Source: an uncultured virus (IMG/VR IMGVR_UViG_3300043410_001952) (taxonomy: Duplodnaviria; Heunggongvirae; Uroviricota; Caudoviricetes). Taken from it: a stretch of DNA of 64,000 bases. Every line of letters starts with the position of its first letter. The first letter of the stretch is position 1. Made by a program: the position numbers and the translations under genes. This document shows positions 30,105-39,450 of the stretch, piece by piece. The notes beneath the pieces are model-generated. The model searched no databases and was not told the origin of the DNA. It saw nothing but the letters and a program-made list of their open reading frames with translations. The stretch lies in the IMG/VR virus record IMGVR_UViG_3300043410_001952; one strand, written 5' to 3'.

Positions 30105-30617
30105 TTATTTTTTAAACGTATTGTATGTGTTGTAAGCGTTTAATACCCCAAAGGTAATAATTGCTATGTCTAATCCTTTTGTTTTACCCCAACTTGTTTT
30201 TGCAATGTAAGCAAATGAAGCCCAACTTGCGATTAACAAAAATGTTTGCTCGTTATTCTTTTTGGTTAATTCTGTTTTAGTTGAAAATTTTGTAATATCT
30301 GCCATTTTTGTAGGCAATAATTTCTCAGAAACAACTACCGAATCTAAAGGAAAGCTACCCCAATCAATAGTTTCACCTTTCTCGTTAAACAATTGACCTT
30401 CTTTATTTGCTCCCAAGCTGTATTTTTTATCAACTATTTTAATAGTTGATGTAGCAGGGTAAACTACTTTTTTGTTGTTTTTACCTACAAAAGTCAATTC
30501 ATTGTTTGGAGTAACGATAAGCGTTGAAGGAACACGAAAGTTATTGAACGTAGAAGATATTGGTAAGCCACTTGTGCTTCCATCTGCATTACTTATATCA
30601 ATTCTTTCTTGTGCCAT
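30105..30617 (-). CDS. membrane protein
   Basis: ISNADG near N-terminus; C-terminal hydrophobic helices. Confidence 0.7.
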   Translation of the reverse strand: MAQERIDISNADGSTSGLPISSTFNNFRVPSTLIVTPNNELTFVGKNNKKVVYPATSTIKIVDKKYSLGANKEGQLFNEKGETIDWGSFPLDSVVVSEKLLPTKMADITKFSTKTELTKKNNEQTFLLIASWASFAYIAKTSWGKTKGLDIAIITFGVLNAYNTYNTFKK

Positions 30618-30704
30618 TTTAATTCAATTTTGCGCTTTTATTACTCTTTGACTTTTTGTATTGGTTGTAAACGTAAATGCCTATGCCAAGAATAGCCAAC
30701 GTTC

Positions 30705-31115
30705 CTAATAGCTTTTTCCTTTACCTTTTTTCATTACATTGTAACCAACAACCAAAGCAACAAAAATAATGCTTCCTATAATAATGTTTTTCTTGGTAAA
30801 CATTTGTGCAAATTTTCCTTTTCCACTACCATTTGTATCATCTTCGATATTTTCATCTGTTACATTACCACTTGTATCAGGAATTGGCTTAGTTTCTGGC
30901 TTTGGCTTTACATCTTCAACCTTAGTCATAATATCACCCAAAGACTTCATAGGCACATAGAACTTTCGCGTTACTACACCCAATTGATTAAATGTAAATA
31001 CTTCTACATTTTCCCAATCTTTTTTCCATCTACCAACTTTAATATCACCTTTTTTAGCAACATCCTTGTAATCTTTCAAGAATTTAAACTTGGCTTTTTT
31101 ATATTCCTCTGCCAT
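30705..31115 (-). CDS. C-anchored membrane protein, paralog of 31326..31748
   Basis: FLKD...AKKGD...W..DW...N.LGV...KF..PM shared; start MAEEY at 31115. Confidence 0.75.
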   Translation of the reverse strand: MAEEYKKAKFKFLKDYKDVAKKGDIKVGRWKKDWENVEVFTFNQLGVVTRKFYVPMKSLGDIMTKVEDVKPKPETKPIPDTSGNVTDENIEDDTNGSGKGKFAQMFTKKNIIIGSIIFVALVVGYNVMKKGKGKSY

Positions 31116-31119
31116 AACT

Positions 31120-31323
31120 TTATAATTTACCTTTTTTGATGTACTTTTTGTACACGAAATAACCAATTGCTAAAACTGCCACTCCAAGTACAACATTTTT
31201 AGTTGTCAATAGTTTTTTAGGTTCTTCCTTAATTGGTGGTTTGCTTTCAACTGGCTTACCTTTAGTCGTTGGTGTTTTTGTAGCATCAGGTTTTTTAGTA
31301 ACTGCTTTTGATGTTGTTGCCAT
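31120..31323 (-). CDS. small C-anchored membrane protein
   Basis: P/K/T-rich, LTTKNVV TM, KKGK. Confidence 0.7.
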   Translation of the reverse strand: MATTSKAVTKKPDATKTPTTKGKPVESKPPIKEEPKKLLTTKNVVLGVAVLAIGYFVYKKYIKKGKL

Positions 31324-31325
31324 AA

Positions 31326-31748
31326 CTATTTACCTTTTTTAGTTGCCATTTTAAAACCAACAAATAACACAACCAATGCACCAACACCAATTAAAATGTT
31401 TTTTGTAGTGAATATTGATTTCTTTTCCTCTACCACAGGAGGTGTAGTAAGTGCTGTTTCAGTTGGTTTAGTTTCAGGTGCTTTTTCACCTTTATCTATA
31501 GGTTTATGTGGCAACTCTTTTATTATTGGCTTTGGAGTTGCTACATTGTCAACTTTTTTCATTGTTTTGTCAATCTCTGTCATTGGAATCCAAAACTTAT
31601 CATCAATAACACCAAGAGAATTTACATGACGAAACTCAATATCTTTCCAATCATCAGCCCAATAACCAAATTTTTTATCACCTTTTTTAGCTTTATTGCT
31701 CCAATCTTTTAAGAACAAAAACGTTCCACTTTTATTTGCTGCTCCCAT
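31326..31748 (-). CDS. C-anchored membrane protein
   Basis: FTTKNILIGV TM, KKGK. Confidence 0.75.
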   Translation of the reverse strand: MGAANKSGTFLFLKDWSNKAKKGDKKFGYWADDWKDIEFRHVNSLGVIDDKFWIPMTEIDKTMKKVDNVATPKPIIKELPHKPIDKGEKAPETKPTETALTTPPVVEEKKSIFTTKNILIGVGALVVLFVGFKMATKKGK

Positions 31749-31753
31749 TTCTA

Positions 31754-32167
31754 CTATTTTTTACCTTTTTTAACGTATTTTTTATACCCATAATAAGCTA
31801 CTGCCAATACTATAACACCAATTAAAATGTTTTTTGTAGTAAACAATCCACTTTGCGTTTGAGATGTTGTTGTACCACTTGTTGTTGTGCTATTTTCTTT
31901 TGTTTTTACTGGAGTTGTTGTATTATTAGATGTTTCTAAAGGTTTAAATAATCTATTATTCCCTTTGTCTTCACGACCACCAAATCCAATTTTTAAAAGA
32001 CCATTTGTTCCACTTACAACTAAAAGGTTTGGTGGCTCACTTGATTTATTACGTTCAACAGTTCCTTCAACAATATCACCAGCTTTATATGAAAATGTTC
32101 TTATTCCTACTACTCCACCTACGGTTACTGTTTTCGAAAATGGTTTAAGAAAAATATATTTTGCCAT
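31754..32167 (-). CDS. C-anchored membrane protein
   Basis: FTTKNILIGV TM, KKGKK. Confidence 0.75.
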   Translation of the reverse strand: MAKYIFLKPFSKTVTVGGVVGIRTFSYKAGDIVEGTVERNKSSEPPNLLVVSGTNGLLKIGFGGREDKGNNRLFKPLETSNNTTTPVKTKENSTTTSGTTTSQTQSGLFTTKNILIGVIVLAVAYYGYKKYVKKGKK

Positions 32168-32172
32168 AACAC

Positions 32173-32700
32173 TTATTTTTTACCACTTTTCATTACTAAA
32201 AATATCACCAATCCTACAACTGCTAATCCTCCTACTGCAATTCCAATTTTAACACCAAGTTTCATTGGTTCTTTTACAGGTGGTTTATTTTCATCAGTTG
32301 TGTATGTTGGCGCACCCGTTGGAGTTAAATCTGCACTTGAAGCACATTTGTTCCATGCCTCGATTGCTTTTTTTCCAACTTTAGGCTTTTTACCACACTT
32401 TTGTTCAACATCAGTATATGTACGTTGTCTTCCTATCAATGCTGTACCAAGTTGAGTAAAAATATCTGTACCTGCACTTAACAAATCAGCATTGATACCA
32501 CTTTTACCTCGACCAGTAGTTTGTGCTGATTCACCAGATTGTGTTGGTGTTGATTCTATTGGTTTTGGTTTTCTTGGTGTTAAAGTACCTACTGTATCAC
32601 CATCTCCATTTGAATAACTATCTTGACAACCACAAGCATTTGATGTAGATTGATTCAAGTGTTGAACTATAACTGGATTATTTGGGCTAATTATTTTCAT
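32173..32700 (-). CDS. C-anchored membrane protein
   Basis: SNACG, YSNGDG; KIGIAVGGL TM. Confidence 0.75.
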   Translation of the reverse strand: MKIISPNNPVIVQHLNQSTSNACGCQDSYSNGDGDTVGTLTPRKPKPIESTPTQSGESAQTTGRGKSGINADLLSAGTDIFTQLGTALIGRQRTYTDVEQKCGKKPKVGKKAIEAWNKCASSADLTPTGAPTYTTDENKPPVKEPMKLGVKIGIAVGGLAVVGLVIFLVMKSGKK

Positions 32701-32704
32701 ATTG

Positions 32705-33061
32705 TTACTTTTTTCTTGTTGCTAAAAAGATAACCAAGCCAACAACAACTAAACCTCCAACTGCTAAACCAATTTTAGCATTTTTTGACATACCTTGTTG
32801 AGTTTGTTGAGTTTGTTGAGTATCTGCGCCAGTAACTTCAGCCCCTTTAATTGGTGCTTTAGTATCAGGCGATTTACCACCAGTTGTTTCTTCTTGTTTA
32901 GAAAAACCAACATCAGAACCACTTTTTTTTCCTTTGCGTTCTCCTAATTTATAAACACCATATCCTGCTGCACCAATAGGAGAAGCAAACAACAATGATT
33001 TCCACCATTTCTTTTTGCCACTTGCATTGGAGTAAATATCTCCTTGAGTAATTACGTTCAT
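32705..33061 (-). CDS. C-anchored membrane protein
   Basis: MNVIT, YSNASG; KIGLAVGGL TM. Confidence 0.75.
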   Translation of the reverse strand: MNVITQGDIYSNASGKKKWWKSLLFASPIGAAGYGVYKLGERKGKKSGSDVGFSKQEETTGGKSPDTKAPIKGAEVTGADTQQTQQTQQGMSKNAKIGLAVGGLVVVGLVIFLATRKK

Positions 33062-33062
33062 T

Positions 33063-33731
33063 TTACTTTCCTTTATTTCGTTTCATTGCTACAATAGCAA
33101 CTATAATTCCTATTACTAATACACCACTAATTGCTATAATAGCAGTGGTTTTTCCTTTACCTGCTTGTTCGGCTTTTGATTTTTTGTAGTCTAAAGCACT
33201 TTGAAATAAAGCAGATTTAGCAGCGTTTTGTTGAGCAGCTAACTTTTGACCTGCTGTTTTCTGTTCTTGTTTTCCTTTAACAATTGTATTTGTTAAATCT
33301 ATTCCTTTTCCACCTGCTTCAAACATTTTTCCAGCTGCTTCTGCTATTGCACTAACTGGGTCTATGGCATTCGAATAACTTTCTGCACTAAAGCAACTTT
33401 TTAAAACACCATAAACATTGCGAACATTTGTATCAGAAATCTCTTGAGTTCCATCTGCACCAACAATTTTATTTTTTTGTTGTGTTAATAAAGCACTACC
33501 AATAGCTAATTTCTTGTTTGTAGGTAAGTTATCTGCATACTTGTTAATCAAATCTATGTCACTATCGCTTATATTAGCTTGAACGCCTGATTCATTCAAT
33601 AAATTGACAAAATCACGCTTTTCATCAACCAACGTTTTGCCAAGTTCTTGCATAACTCTATCACCAGCCTCAATAATTTGATTTTGTTGAATCAACTCAT
33701 TAAATTCGCTATTGAAATCATCTAAAGTCAT
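33063..33731 (-). CDS. C-anchored membrane protein
   Basis: GADG, YSNAID; TM + KRNKGK. Confidence 0.75.
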   Translation of the reverse strand: MTLDDFNSEFNELIQQNQIIEAGDRVMQELGKTLVDEKRDFVNLLNESGVQANISDSDIDLINKYADNLPTNKKLAIGSALLTQQKNKIVGADGTQEISDTNVRNVYGVLKSCFSAESYSNAIDPVSAIAEAAGKMFEAGGKGIDLTNTIVKGKQEQKTAGQKLAAQQNAAKSALFQSALDYKKSKAEQAGKGKTTAIIAISGVLVIGIIVAIVAMKRNKGK

Positions 33732-33734
33732 ATC

Positions 33735-33842
33735 TTAATGTTTAAAATGTTTAAACTTAATTACAAATAAAGTAGCATAAGCAAGAGCCACAGCACCGTA
33801 AGCAACAAGTAACAATTTATCTTCTGTACTAATATTTTTCAT
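33735..33842 (-). CDS. 35-aa membrane peptide (not in ORF track)
   Basis: MKNISTEDKLLLVAYGAVALAYATLFVIKFKHFKH fills the gap exactly. Confidence 0.6.
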   Translation of the reverse strand: MKNISTEDKLLLVAYGAVALAYATLFVIKFKHFKH

Positions 33843-33843
33843 A

Positions 33844-34668
33844 TTACAATCCTTTTAAAAGCCCATATTTTTTGATAGCCCAAATAGCACCTACTGCCAC
33901 TATGCCACCAACAAGGAAACTACCCCAATTTATGTTTAAAGTAGTTTTACCATCTGCATTCACGAAGAACTCTCTTACAGGAGGCGCATCGAAATCATTC
34001 ACATTGTCTAAGCCATTCAATCCAGTCATATTTGAGTTTCTTTCCTCAGCAGGAATCATAATTTTTCCTTCGCTAAACTTTGGCTCTAAATCCTTTGAAA
34101 CTGGGATAACTCCTTGTTGTGAGTTTTGAGTACTTTTTCTGTTTTTTGCGTTGTGTAATGCTTTTTCAACCTCAATCTTTCTACACTTGCATTGCATTTG
34201 CATATCATCAAAATTCGCATAGTTTTCACCTACACAATTTGAATAATTATCCAAAGCATCTTGAAGCTCACGCATACGTTTCTTACGTTCAATGATAATG
34301 ATTGAAATATTTTGCTTACCATTGGTATTAGCCCTTTCTCTTGTCAATTTATCAATGAACATTTTGTTCCAAATAACTTTGTTGGCTATATCTTGAACTT
34401 GTGGGTTAATAACTACTTCAAGTGGTTGAACGTCTGTGTATCTATCTTCTGCGCCTGGTAATGTACTATCCATAGCATCAAAAGAAGAACCATCACTCAT
34501 TTCACTTGTAGACATAGGAACTTCATGGTGTTTCTTATGGTGACGTTTTGCACGACATTTTTTGCAATTGCAATTTTCATCACAACCAGAAGCATTTTTG
34601 TACAAATCATCAAAAAACAATGTTGATTCGTTATTATTATCAAGTGTAACTATTCTTGCGTTTCCCAT
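33844..34668 (-). CDS. C-anchored membrane protein with Cys clusters
   Basis: YKNASG, YSNCVG, SNMTG, VNADG; C-terminal TM. Confidence 0.75.
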   Translation of the reverse strand: MGNARIVTLDNNNESTLFFDDLYKNASGCDENCNCKKCRAKRHHKKHHEVPMSTSEMSDGSSFDAMDSTLPGAEDRYTDVQPLEVVINPQVQDIANKVIWNKMFIDKLTRERANTNGKQNISIIIIERKKRMRELQDALDNYSNCVGENYANFDDMQMQCKCRKIEVEKALHNAKNRKSTQNSQQGVIPVSKDLEPKFSEGKIMIPAEERNSNMTGLNGLDNVNDFDAPPVREFFVNADGKTTLNINWGSFLVGGIVAVGAIWAIKKYGLLKGL

Positions 34669-34676
34669 CGTGAAAA

Positions 34677-35147
34677 TTATTTACTTGTTTTAACCGTAAT
34701 TGCTCTTCGTCTATCAACGATATAACCAGAAGCATAGCCTATGATTGCACCAATAGCACTTGCATAAATTGCTTTACGATTGTCCATTTTTTTAGACTTT
34801 GCATAAGCATATCCTAAAACTCCCCCTGCAACGATTCCAATCATCTTCACTTTTGAAAATGTTTCAGCAGGTATTAAATTAACTGTTGTTGGTGTTCTAC
34901 TTTCATCTGCACCAAGCATTACTTCTGTTGCCATAATTGGTTCTACTTTGTTTAAGTATAAAATTTTATCATCATTTGTCACGAATAAGCGATACGTAAA
35001 TGGCTCACCTCTTCGTAATCCTTCAATCATTTTTTGTTCACCTTCAATTGTTGTATCCATTGGAATAACAACATCTGTTTCGGTAAAATTTTTGTGTTCT
35101 TTGTTAGGTAATAAAACCTTTGCATTTTCCAACACTTTTGCTTTCAT
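34677..35147 (-). CDS. membrane protein, two C-terminal TMs
   Basis: LGADE; GA-rich helices. Confidence 0.75.
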   Translation of the reverse strand: MKAKVLENAKVLLPNKEHKNFTETDVVIPMDTTIEGEQKMIEGLRRGEPFTYRLFVTNDDKILYLNKVEPIMATEVMLGADESRTPTTVNLIPAETFSKVKMIGIVAGGVLGYAYAKSKKMDNRKAIYASAIGAIIGYASGYIVDRRRAITVKTSK

Positions 35148-35159
35148 ACTTATTTATTT

Positions 35160-35615
35160 TTAATGTTTACTTGCCATTTTAACAGCAAAACCTAATGTAA
35201 GCCCTACCAATGCTATCAACATTGCAGGACCTATAAACGCTTCGATTGGTGCATATTTTTTTACTTGTGTATCACCTTCTAAGTTACTTCTTTGCTCATA
35301 ACTTGGTGTTTGTGTTGTAGGGCAGTCGTCATCTACCATGTTTGATGTTTTTTCCCCATTAACACCATCAACAACTTTTGGCGCAACATACTTCATCAAG
35401 AATTTCTTGTGTGGGTGTATATCAGCCAATTTCTTTTCAAGTTCAATCTTATCTGGAGTTTTAACGTATAACTCTGACAATTTGACTTCCAAATCAGTAT
35501 GGTTTTTTGCATCAGGCACACCATACGATTTCAATAATTTTCGGGCATCACTTGTGGCTTCATGTGCTAACAAAGTCATGATTGTAATATCTGCCTTATC
35601 TGATTTCCTTTTCAT
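35160..35615 (-). CDS. C-anchored membrane protein
   Basis: IHPHK; SNMVD, SNLEG; C-terminal TM. Confidence 0.75.
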   Translation of the reverse strand: MKRKSDKADITIMTLLAHEATSDARKLLKSYGVPDAKNHTDLEVKLSELYVKTPDKIELEKKLADIHPHKKFLMKYVAPKVVDGVNGEKTSNMVDDDCPTTQTPSYEQRSNLEGDTQVKKYAPIEAFIGPAMLIALVGLTLGFAVKMASKH

Positions 35616-35638
35616 TCTCTTTCAAAAGATTGATAAAT

Positions 35639-35678
35639 AAAAAAAAGGGGAGGACATCAATGTAGCCCTGCCCCTTTC
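35639..35678 (-). terminator. intrinsic terminator after the major capsid candidate
   Basis: minus strand AAAGGGGCAGGGC-loop-GTCCTCCCCTTTTTTTT. Confidence 0.8.
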
Positions 35679-35701
35679 TTATTTTGTCGTAACAAAAATT
35701 A

Positions 35702-36475
35702 CTATCCTGTAATTCCTTTTACTGCTTGTGCAGTTTGGATGATTACTGGCGCAACATTTTTAGCACTCAAACGAGGTGCTTGAGCCATGTTCAATGTTTT
35801 ACCACCATTCAATACAGCTTTAGTAGAGAACACTTCAACTGGGAACATTGCGATAGTCAACACTGTGTTAGCGTAAACTGTGAATGTTAAGTAAGTGTTT
35901 CCGTCCACTGTGATTGGCTTAGTAACATCCAAAATGTTATTTTGTTGCTGATAAGCATCACGTGCGATAGCCAAGTTCAACGGAGTTGAATATTGTTTAC
36001 CATTACCATCAACGTGGTTAATAGTGATTGTAATTGCTAATTGAGATGATGTATTATCAGTTCCAGAAGTATAGGTAGCCGCTTGGAAACGGAATTTACC
36101 AATTTTGAATGGTTTGTTGTTTGACTGTGTCAATAAACGACCATAAGTACCACCTTGTAAGTTGGCTACTTGGATTCCAGGCCATGCTGGTTGTCCTTGC
36201 GTGTAACCAGTAGAGTAATCATTATATCCAAACAATACAGCAGTATTATTAGTACCAGTTGTAGTGTTAGTAAATGATAAAACGTAAGGGTCTGACACCA
36301 TAGAAGATGCGCCAGGACCTGATGCGTAAGACATATCGTCATTATCGAAGTAGCTCATAGAGTCACCATCGAAATAACTCATATCTCCCTCATCGTAGCT
36401 ATCAAAACCAGACATTCTTTCTGTTCCGTTGATATAGCCATGAAGTTCTTTTTCAATAGAGTTCATCTTTTTCAA
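35702..36475 (-). CDS. candidate major capsid protein (jelly-roll-like, all-beta)
   Basis: ~160-aa beta-rich core with two paralogs; followed by a strong terminator; near ATPase; acidic N-terminal MSYFD repeats. Confidence 0.6.
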   Translation of the reverse strand: MKKMNSIEKELHGYINGTERMSGFDSYDEGDMSYFDGDSMSYFDNDDMSYASGPGASSMVSDPYVLSFTNTTTGTNNTAVLFGYNDYSTGYTQGQPAWPGIQVANLQGGTYGRLLTQSNNKPFKIGKFRFQAATYTSGTDNTSSQLAITITINHVDGNGKQYSTPLNLAIARDAYQQQNNILDVTKPITVDGNTYLTFTVYANTVLTIAMFPVEVFSTKAVLNGGKTLNMAQAPRLSAKNVAPVIIQTAQAVKGITG

Positions 36476-36665
36476 TTTTTATAAGATGTTAATAAATAAA
36501 GTTAATTCCCAAATTTTTGCATTTTGTTTGCTTAGTTAAAAGCATTTAAACATTGCACTTACTTAAAACAACAAATCATCTATTAAAGATGTAGCCATTT
36601 ATACCTTCAGCTAATATTTATACGAGCCATTCAATGCGTTTGCCCATTTTCCGTTGCTGTTCGAA

Positions 36666-36767
36666 TTATTTTTTCAAACGTGGTGCAACGAATTTATCGT
36701 GTACTGCTAAAGCAACCATAACGATTACAAGCGTAGTAACTGCACCTTTTAAATCTGCCTTTGACAT
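36666..36767 (-). CDS. 33-aa membrane peptide upstream of the MCP candidate (not in ORF track)
   Basis: MSKADLKGAVTTLVIVMVALAVHDKFVAPRLKK. Confidence 0.65.
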   Translation of the reverse strand: MSKADLKGAVTTLVIVMVALAVHDKFVAPRLKK

Positions 36768-36794
36768 ATCTTAAAGTATTAAAAGTTTCAAAAA

Positions 36795-36802
36795 CAAATA
36801 TA
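36795..36802 (-). promoter_or_regulatory. Bacteroidota -7 element for capsid operon
   Basis: TATATTTG on minus strand. Confidence 0.6.
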
Positions 36803-36914
36803 AGTATGTAATATATAGGGGTATAGGTAGAAAAAATGTACAACAATACTATAAAACAATGTATATTATTGAATTATAAATAGATAGTTGTACATAATGT
36901 GTACACAATAAAGA

Positions 36915-37088
36915 CTAATCGTTTTTGGATTGTTGTTGCTCTAAGATGTGTTTAGCGTAGTTTTCCATTAAAAGACAAAGGTTAGGTTGTCGCATATAGC
37001 CATCAATGTAACATATAAGCGTTGTTGCATTTAGTTCAATGCCTTGTTCTTTTAAATAATCTTCAGCTGATAAAGGTAGGTTATCCAT
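36915..37088 (-). CDS. 57-aa hypothetical protein (not in ORF track)
   Basis: MDNLPLSAEDYLKEQGI...; TAATG overlap with upstream stop. Confidence 0.55.
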   Translation of the reverse strand: MDNLPLSAEDYLKEQGIELNATTLICYIDGYMRQPNLCLLMENYAKHILEQQQSKND

Positions 37089-37846
37089 TATTTATAATCT
37101 AAGCCAAATACACCCCATGCTTGGTTATCATGCCTTACAACAAGTGATGTATCAATAAAAATTGGTATTCTATTTTTGAAACAATCTTCTGCGAAATAAG
37201 TATCTGGGTGGTTATTTTCGCCTTTTATAAAACGAAACTTAATCTTTTCTAAAACATTTCTTTTAATCAAAACGCATCCAAGCCCAATATGCGCTGCTTG
37301 TTTTATGTTTCCATCACAAAAAACCAAATCTTCACCTGCTACAAAGTTTTGTGAAATGATGTGTTTAATCATTCTGTCTTCACCTACATTTATTCTTCGC
37401 TGAATCATTGGTTTTCTGTATTGCCCATTATCAACGTAGTATAAAGCACCAATTACTTGTTTTTGTGAAAAATAAAGCTGTTCTATAATATCTTTTTGAG
37501 GGAATAAATCACTTTCTAAATGTAGCAAATAATCGTAACCTCCTTTCACACAACAATCCCCACAATCATTGTGCGAATAAGCCATCTTTTCAATTACACT
37601 ATTGCTACTTATTTTGTTTAAACTAAGTGTATTTATAGCCATGAATTTATTGTCATTGCCATAATTATCACGATAATAGTCATTCATGTACTTACAAAAC
37701 TTACCGTTATCGTTTGTGTTATCAAACAAACGAATATCAAAGTTTGGGTACGTGAATTTCATTACATTATCAAGCCATTCTTCAAAACAATAGTTTTTAG
37801 CAGATGCAGTGGGCGCAGCTACTAAAATCTTAGGAAAATCAACCAT
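37088..37846 (-). CDS. GT-A fold (GT2-like) glycosyltransferase
   Basis: YDYLLHLESD, GLGCVLIKR, PDTYF, IDT...H. Confidence 0.75.
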   Translation of the reverse strand: MVDFPKILVAAPTASAKNYCFEEWLDNVMKFTYPNFDIRLFDNTNDNGKFCKYMNDYYRDNYGNDNKFMAINTLSLNKISSNSVIEKMAYSHNDCGDCCVKGGYDYLLHLESDLFPQKDIIEQLYFSQKQVIGALYYVDNGQYRKPMIQRRINVGEDRMIKHIISQNFVAGEDLVFCDGNIKQAAHIGLGCVLIKRNVLEKIKFRFIKGENNHPDTYFAEDCFKNRIPIFIDTSLVVRHDNQAWGVFGLDYK

Positions 37847-37848
37847 TG

Positions 37849-38268
37849 TTAAATAAACTTTTTGAGTTTTGTGTAGATAATGACTTTTGATTCATCATTT
37901 GTTTTTGCCTCATCAAAATTTGCTTGGCTCATAAGTTGCATGAGTGGAGGGTTCTTTTTAGCAGCAATCCAAGCCTTTTTAATAACCTTGTCCCAATTTT
38001 CATTTGCTTCTTTTAAATCAAGGTCAAATTGTTTGGCGTACTTAATAAAATACTGCTCTTTTTCGTGCAATATCTTTTTAAGTGTATCAATTTCGTGTAA
38101 AGTTTTTAAACGAAGTATTTTGTCAGAGTTTTTATCTCTTTCACTTCTTGTATCGCTTTCCAAATCAACATCAATATACTTAATTTGATTTTCCATCAAC
38201 CTAAGCATCTCCTGCATAGGAACTAACTTATCACGTAAATCATCAATAAATGTTCGTTGCTTTTCCAT
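37849..38268 (-). CDS. coiled-coil hypothetical protein
   Basis: helical charged ORF. Confidence 0.7.
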   Translation of the reverse strand: MEKQRTFIDDLRDKLVPMQEMLRLMENQIKYIDVDLESDTRSERDKNSDKILRLKTLHEIDTLKKILHEKEQYFIKYAKQFDLDLKEANENWDKVIKKAWIAAKKNPPLMQLMSQANFDEAKTNDESKVIIYTKLKKFI

Positions 38269-38271
38269 TAT

Positions 38272-38694
38272 TTAGTATTTACGTGGTTGGTACTTGATAT
38301 TACGTGAAAGCATTTGATTTTGAGCATCTTCAAATTTTTGAATTGTTTTCAAAATATCTTTTACAAAAGATTCACTAATAAAGGCTTTTTTCTCATCAAC
38401 AAGAACATAGTATTTGCACACTGCGTTATCAATACACCATTGTTTTGCTTCATCTAAAGTTGCACTTGTGGCTTCAGCTTCTTTACAGTACCAAAGTATT
38501 CGAACACGATTTTTTTGTTTGCCAACTTTTTCAATTTGCGCTTGAAGTGTTTTAGCAAGTTCCATCACACTTGATTCTTCAGGGTTCGAGCCTTTTTCAA
38601 CAATTCCATAAACACATATTTCAAGCAATGCTCGTTGTATTATTGTTGGTGTAATAAAGTTCTCGGGTAACGCATCATTTTTAACGATTTCCAT
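38272..38694 (-). CDS. hypothetical protein, possibly degenerate GT-A fragment
   Basis: AVCKYYVLVD resembles the GT2 region before DxD. Confidence 0.5.
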   Translation of the reverse strand: MEIVKNDALPENFITPTIIQRALLEICVYGIVEKGSNPEESSVMELAKTLQAQIEKVGKQKNRVRILWYCKEAEATSATLDEAKQWCIDNAVCKYYVLVDEKKAFISESFVKDILKTIQKFEDAQNQMLSRNIKYQPRKY

Positions 38695-38709
38695 ATTTAT
38701 TTATTTTAA

Positions 38710-39450
38710 TTATTCTTCAAAATTTATGTTTGCCTTCACAAAATCATTTATCATGTCAACACCTTTGCGTGTTGGTTTTGGAAACAACGTTTCATTTTCC
38801 ATATCCAAAGGTATATAAGATTGCTTACGAATGTAAAAATTATTCATCCCTGCAAAGGCAAATTTAAGGGAAAATTCAACTTGTTCAAATCCTGTTTCAT
38901 CAAACCATTTGTCATACATTCCAACCTCGCCTTTGATGTGTTTTGTTTCAACCATAACGATGCCATCAACTACATTGTTTTCTGTCATCCAAACATTACT
39001 TAACTCATCTTGGGTATTTAAAATGGAGGACAATTGGGCTTTTTTTCCAATGGAACGAATACCAACACACCCAATATTTTTCAAGTTTTTGATATTGAAA
39101 AGTAAATCTTCACACCAATTCTCATTTACAAGCGCATTGCAAGGAAATAAAACGCAGTAATCCTCTTTTACACGATTAAAGTTTTCGTTTACCAAATCGC
39201 ATAAGGTATATTTTTTATCGTGGGTATTATGCCTACAAATAACAGATGTATTTTTTTCTTCAAATCCATAATCTCCATCTTGATTGTTGGACAATAAAAG
39301 CAAGTAAACATGAATGTTACACTTGGTTTTTTCCAATAAGTTATTGACAACGTATTTTGTTGCAACATCATTTTCAAGACCAACAATACAAACTGCTATG
39401 CTTTCTTCCATTCTAATTTGTTTGAGCAAACTCATAAATTGTCCACGCAT
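38710..39450 (-). CDS. GT2-like protein (possibly inactive)
   Basis: N....V.ENW...L, VG, VGMYDKWF..GFEQVEFS; no clear DxD. Confidence 0.6.
   Translation of the reverse strand: MRGQFMSLLKQIRMEESIAVCIVGLENDVATKYVVNNLLEKTKCNIHVYLLLLSNNQDGDYGFEEKNTSVICRHNTHDKKYTLCDLVNENFNRVKEDYCVLFPCNALVNENWCEDLLFNIKNLKNIGCVGIRSIGKKAQLSSILNTQDELSNVWMTENNVVDGIVMVETKHIKGEVGMYDKWFDETGFEQVEFSLKFAFAGMNNFYIRKQSYIPLDMENETLFPKPTRKGVDMINDFVKANINFEE

Noticed and set aside
36560..36660. c-di-GMP-I riboswitch or hammerhead ribozyme
   Set aside because: GGCAAAC and CTGA are present, but the GAAA tetraloop/CGCAAAG and CUGANGA/GAAA cores are not
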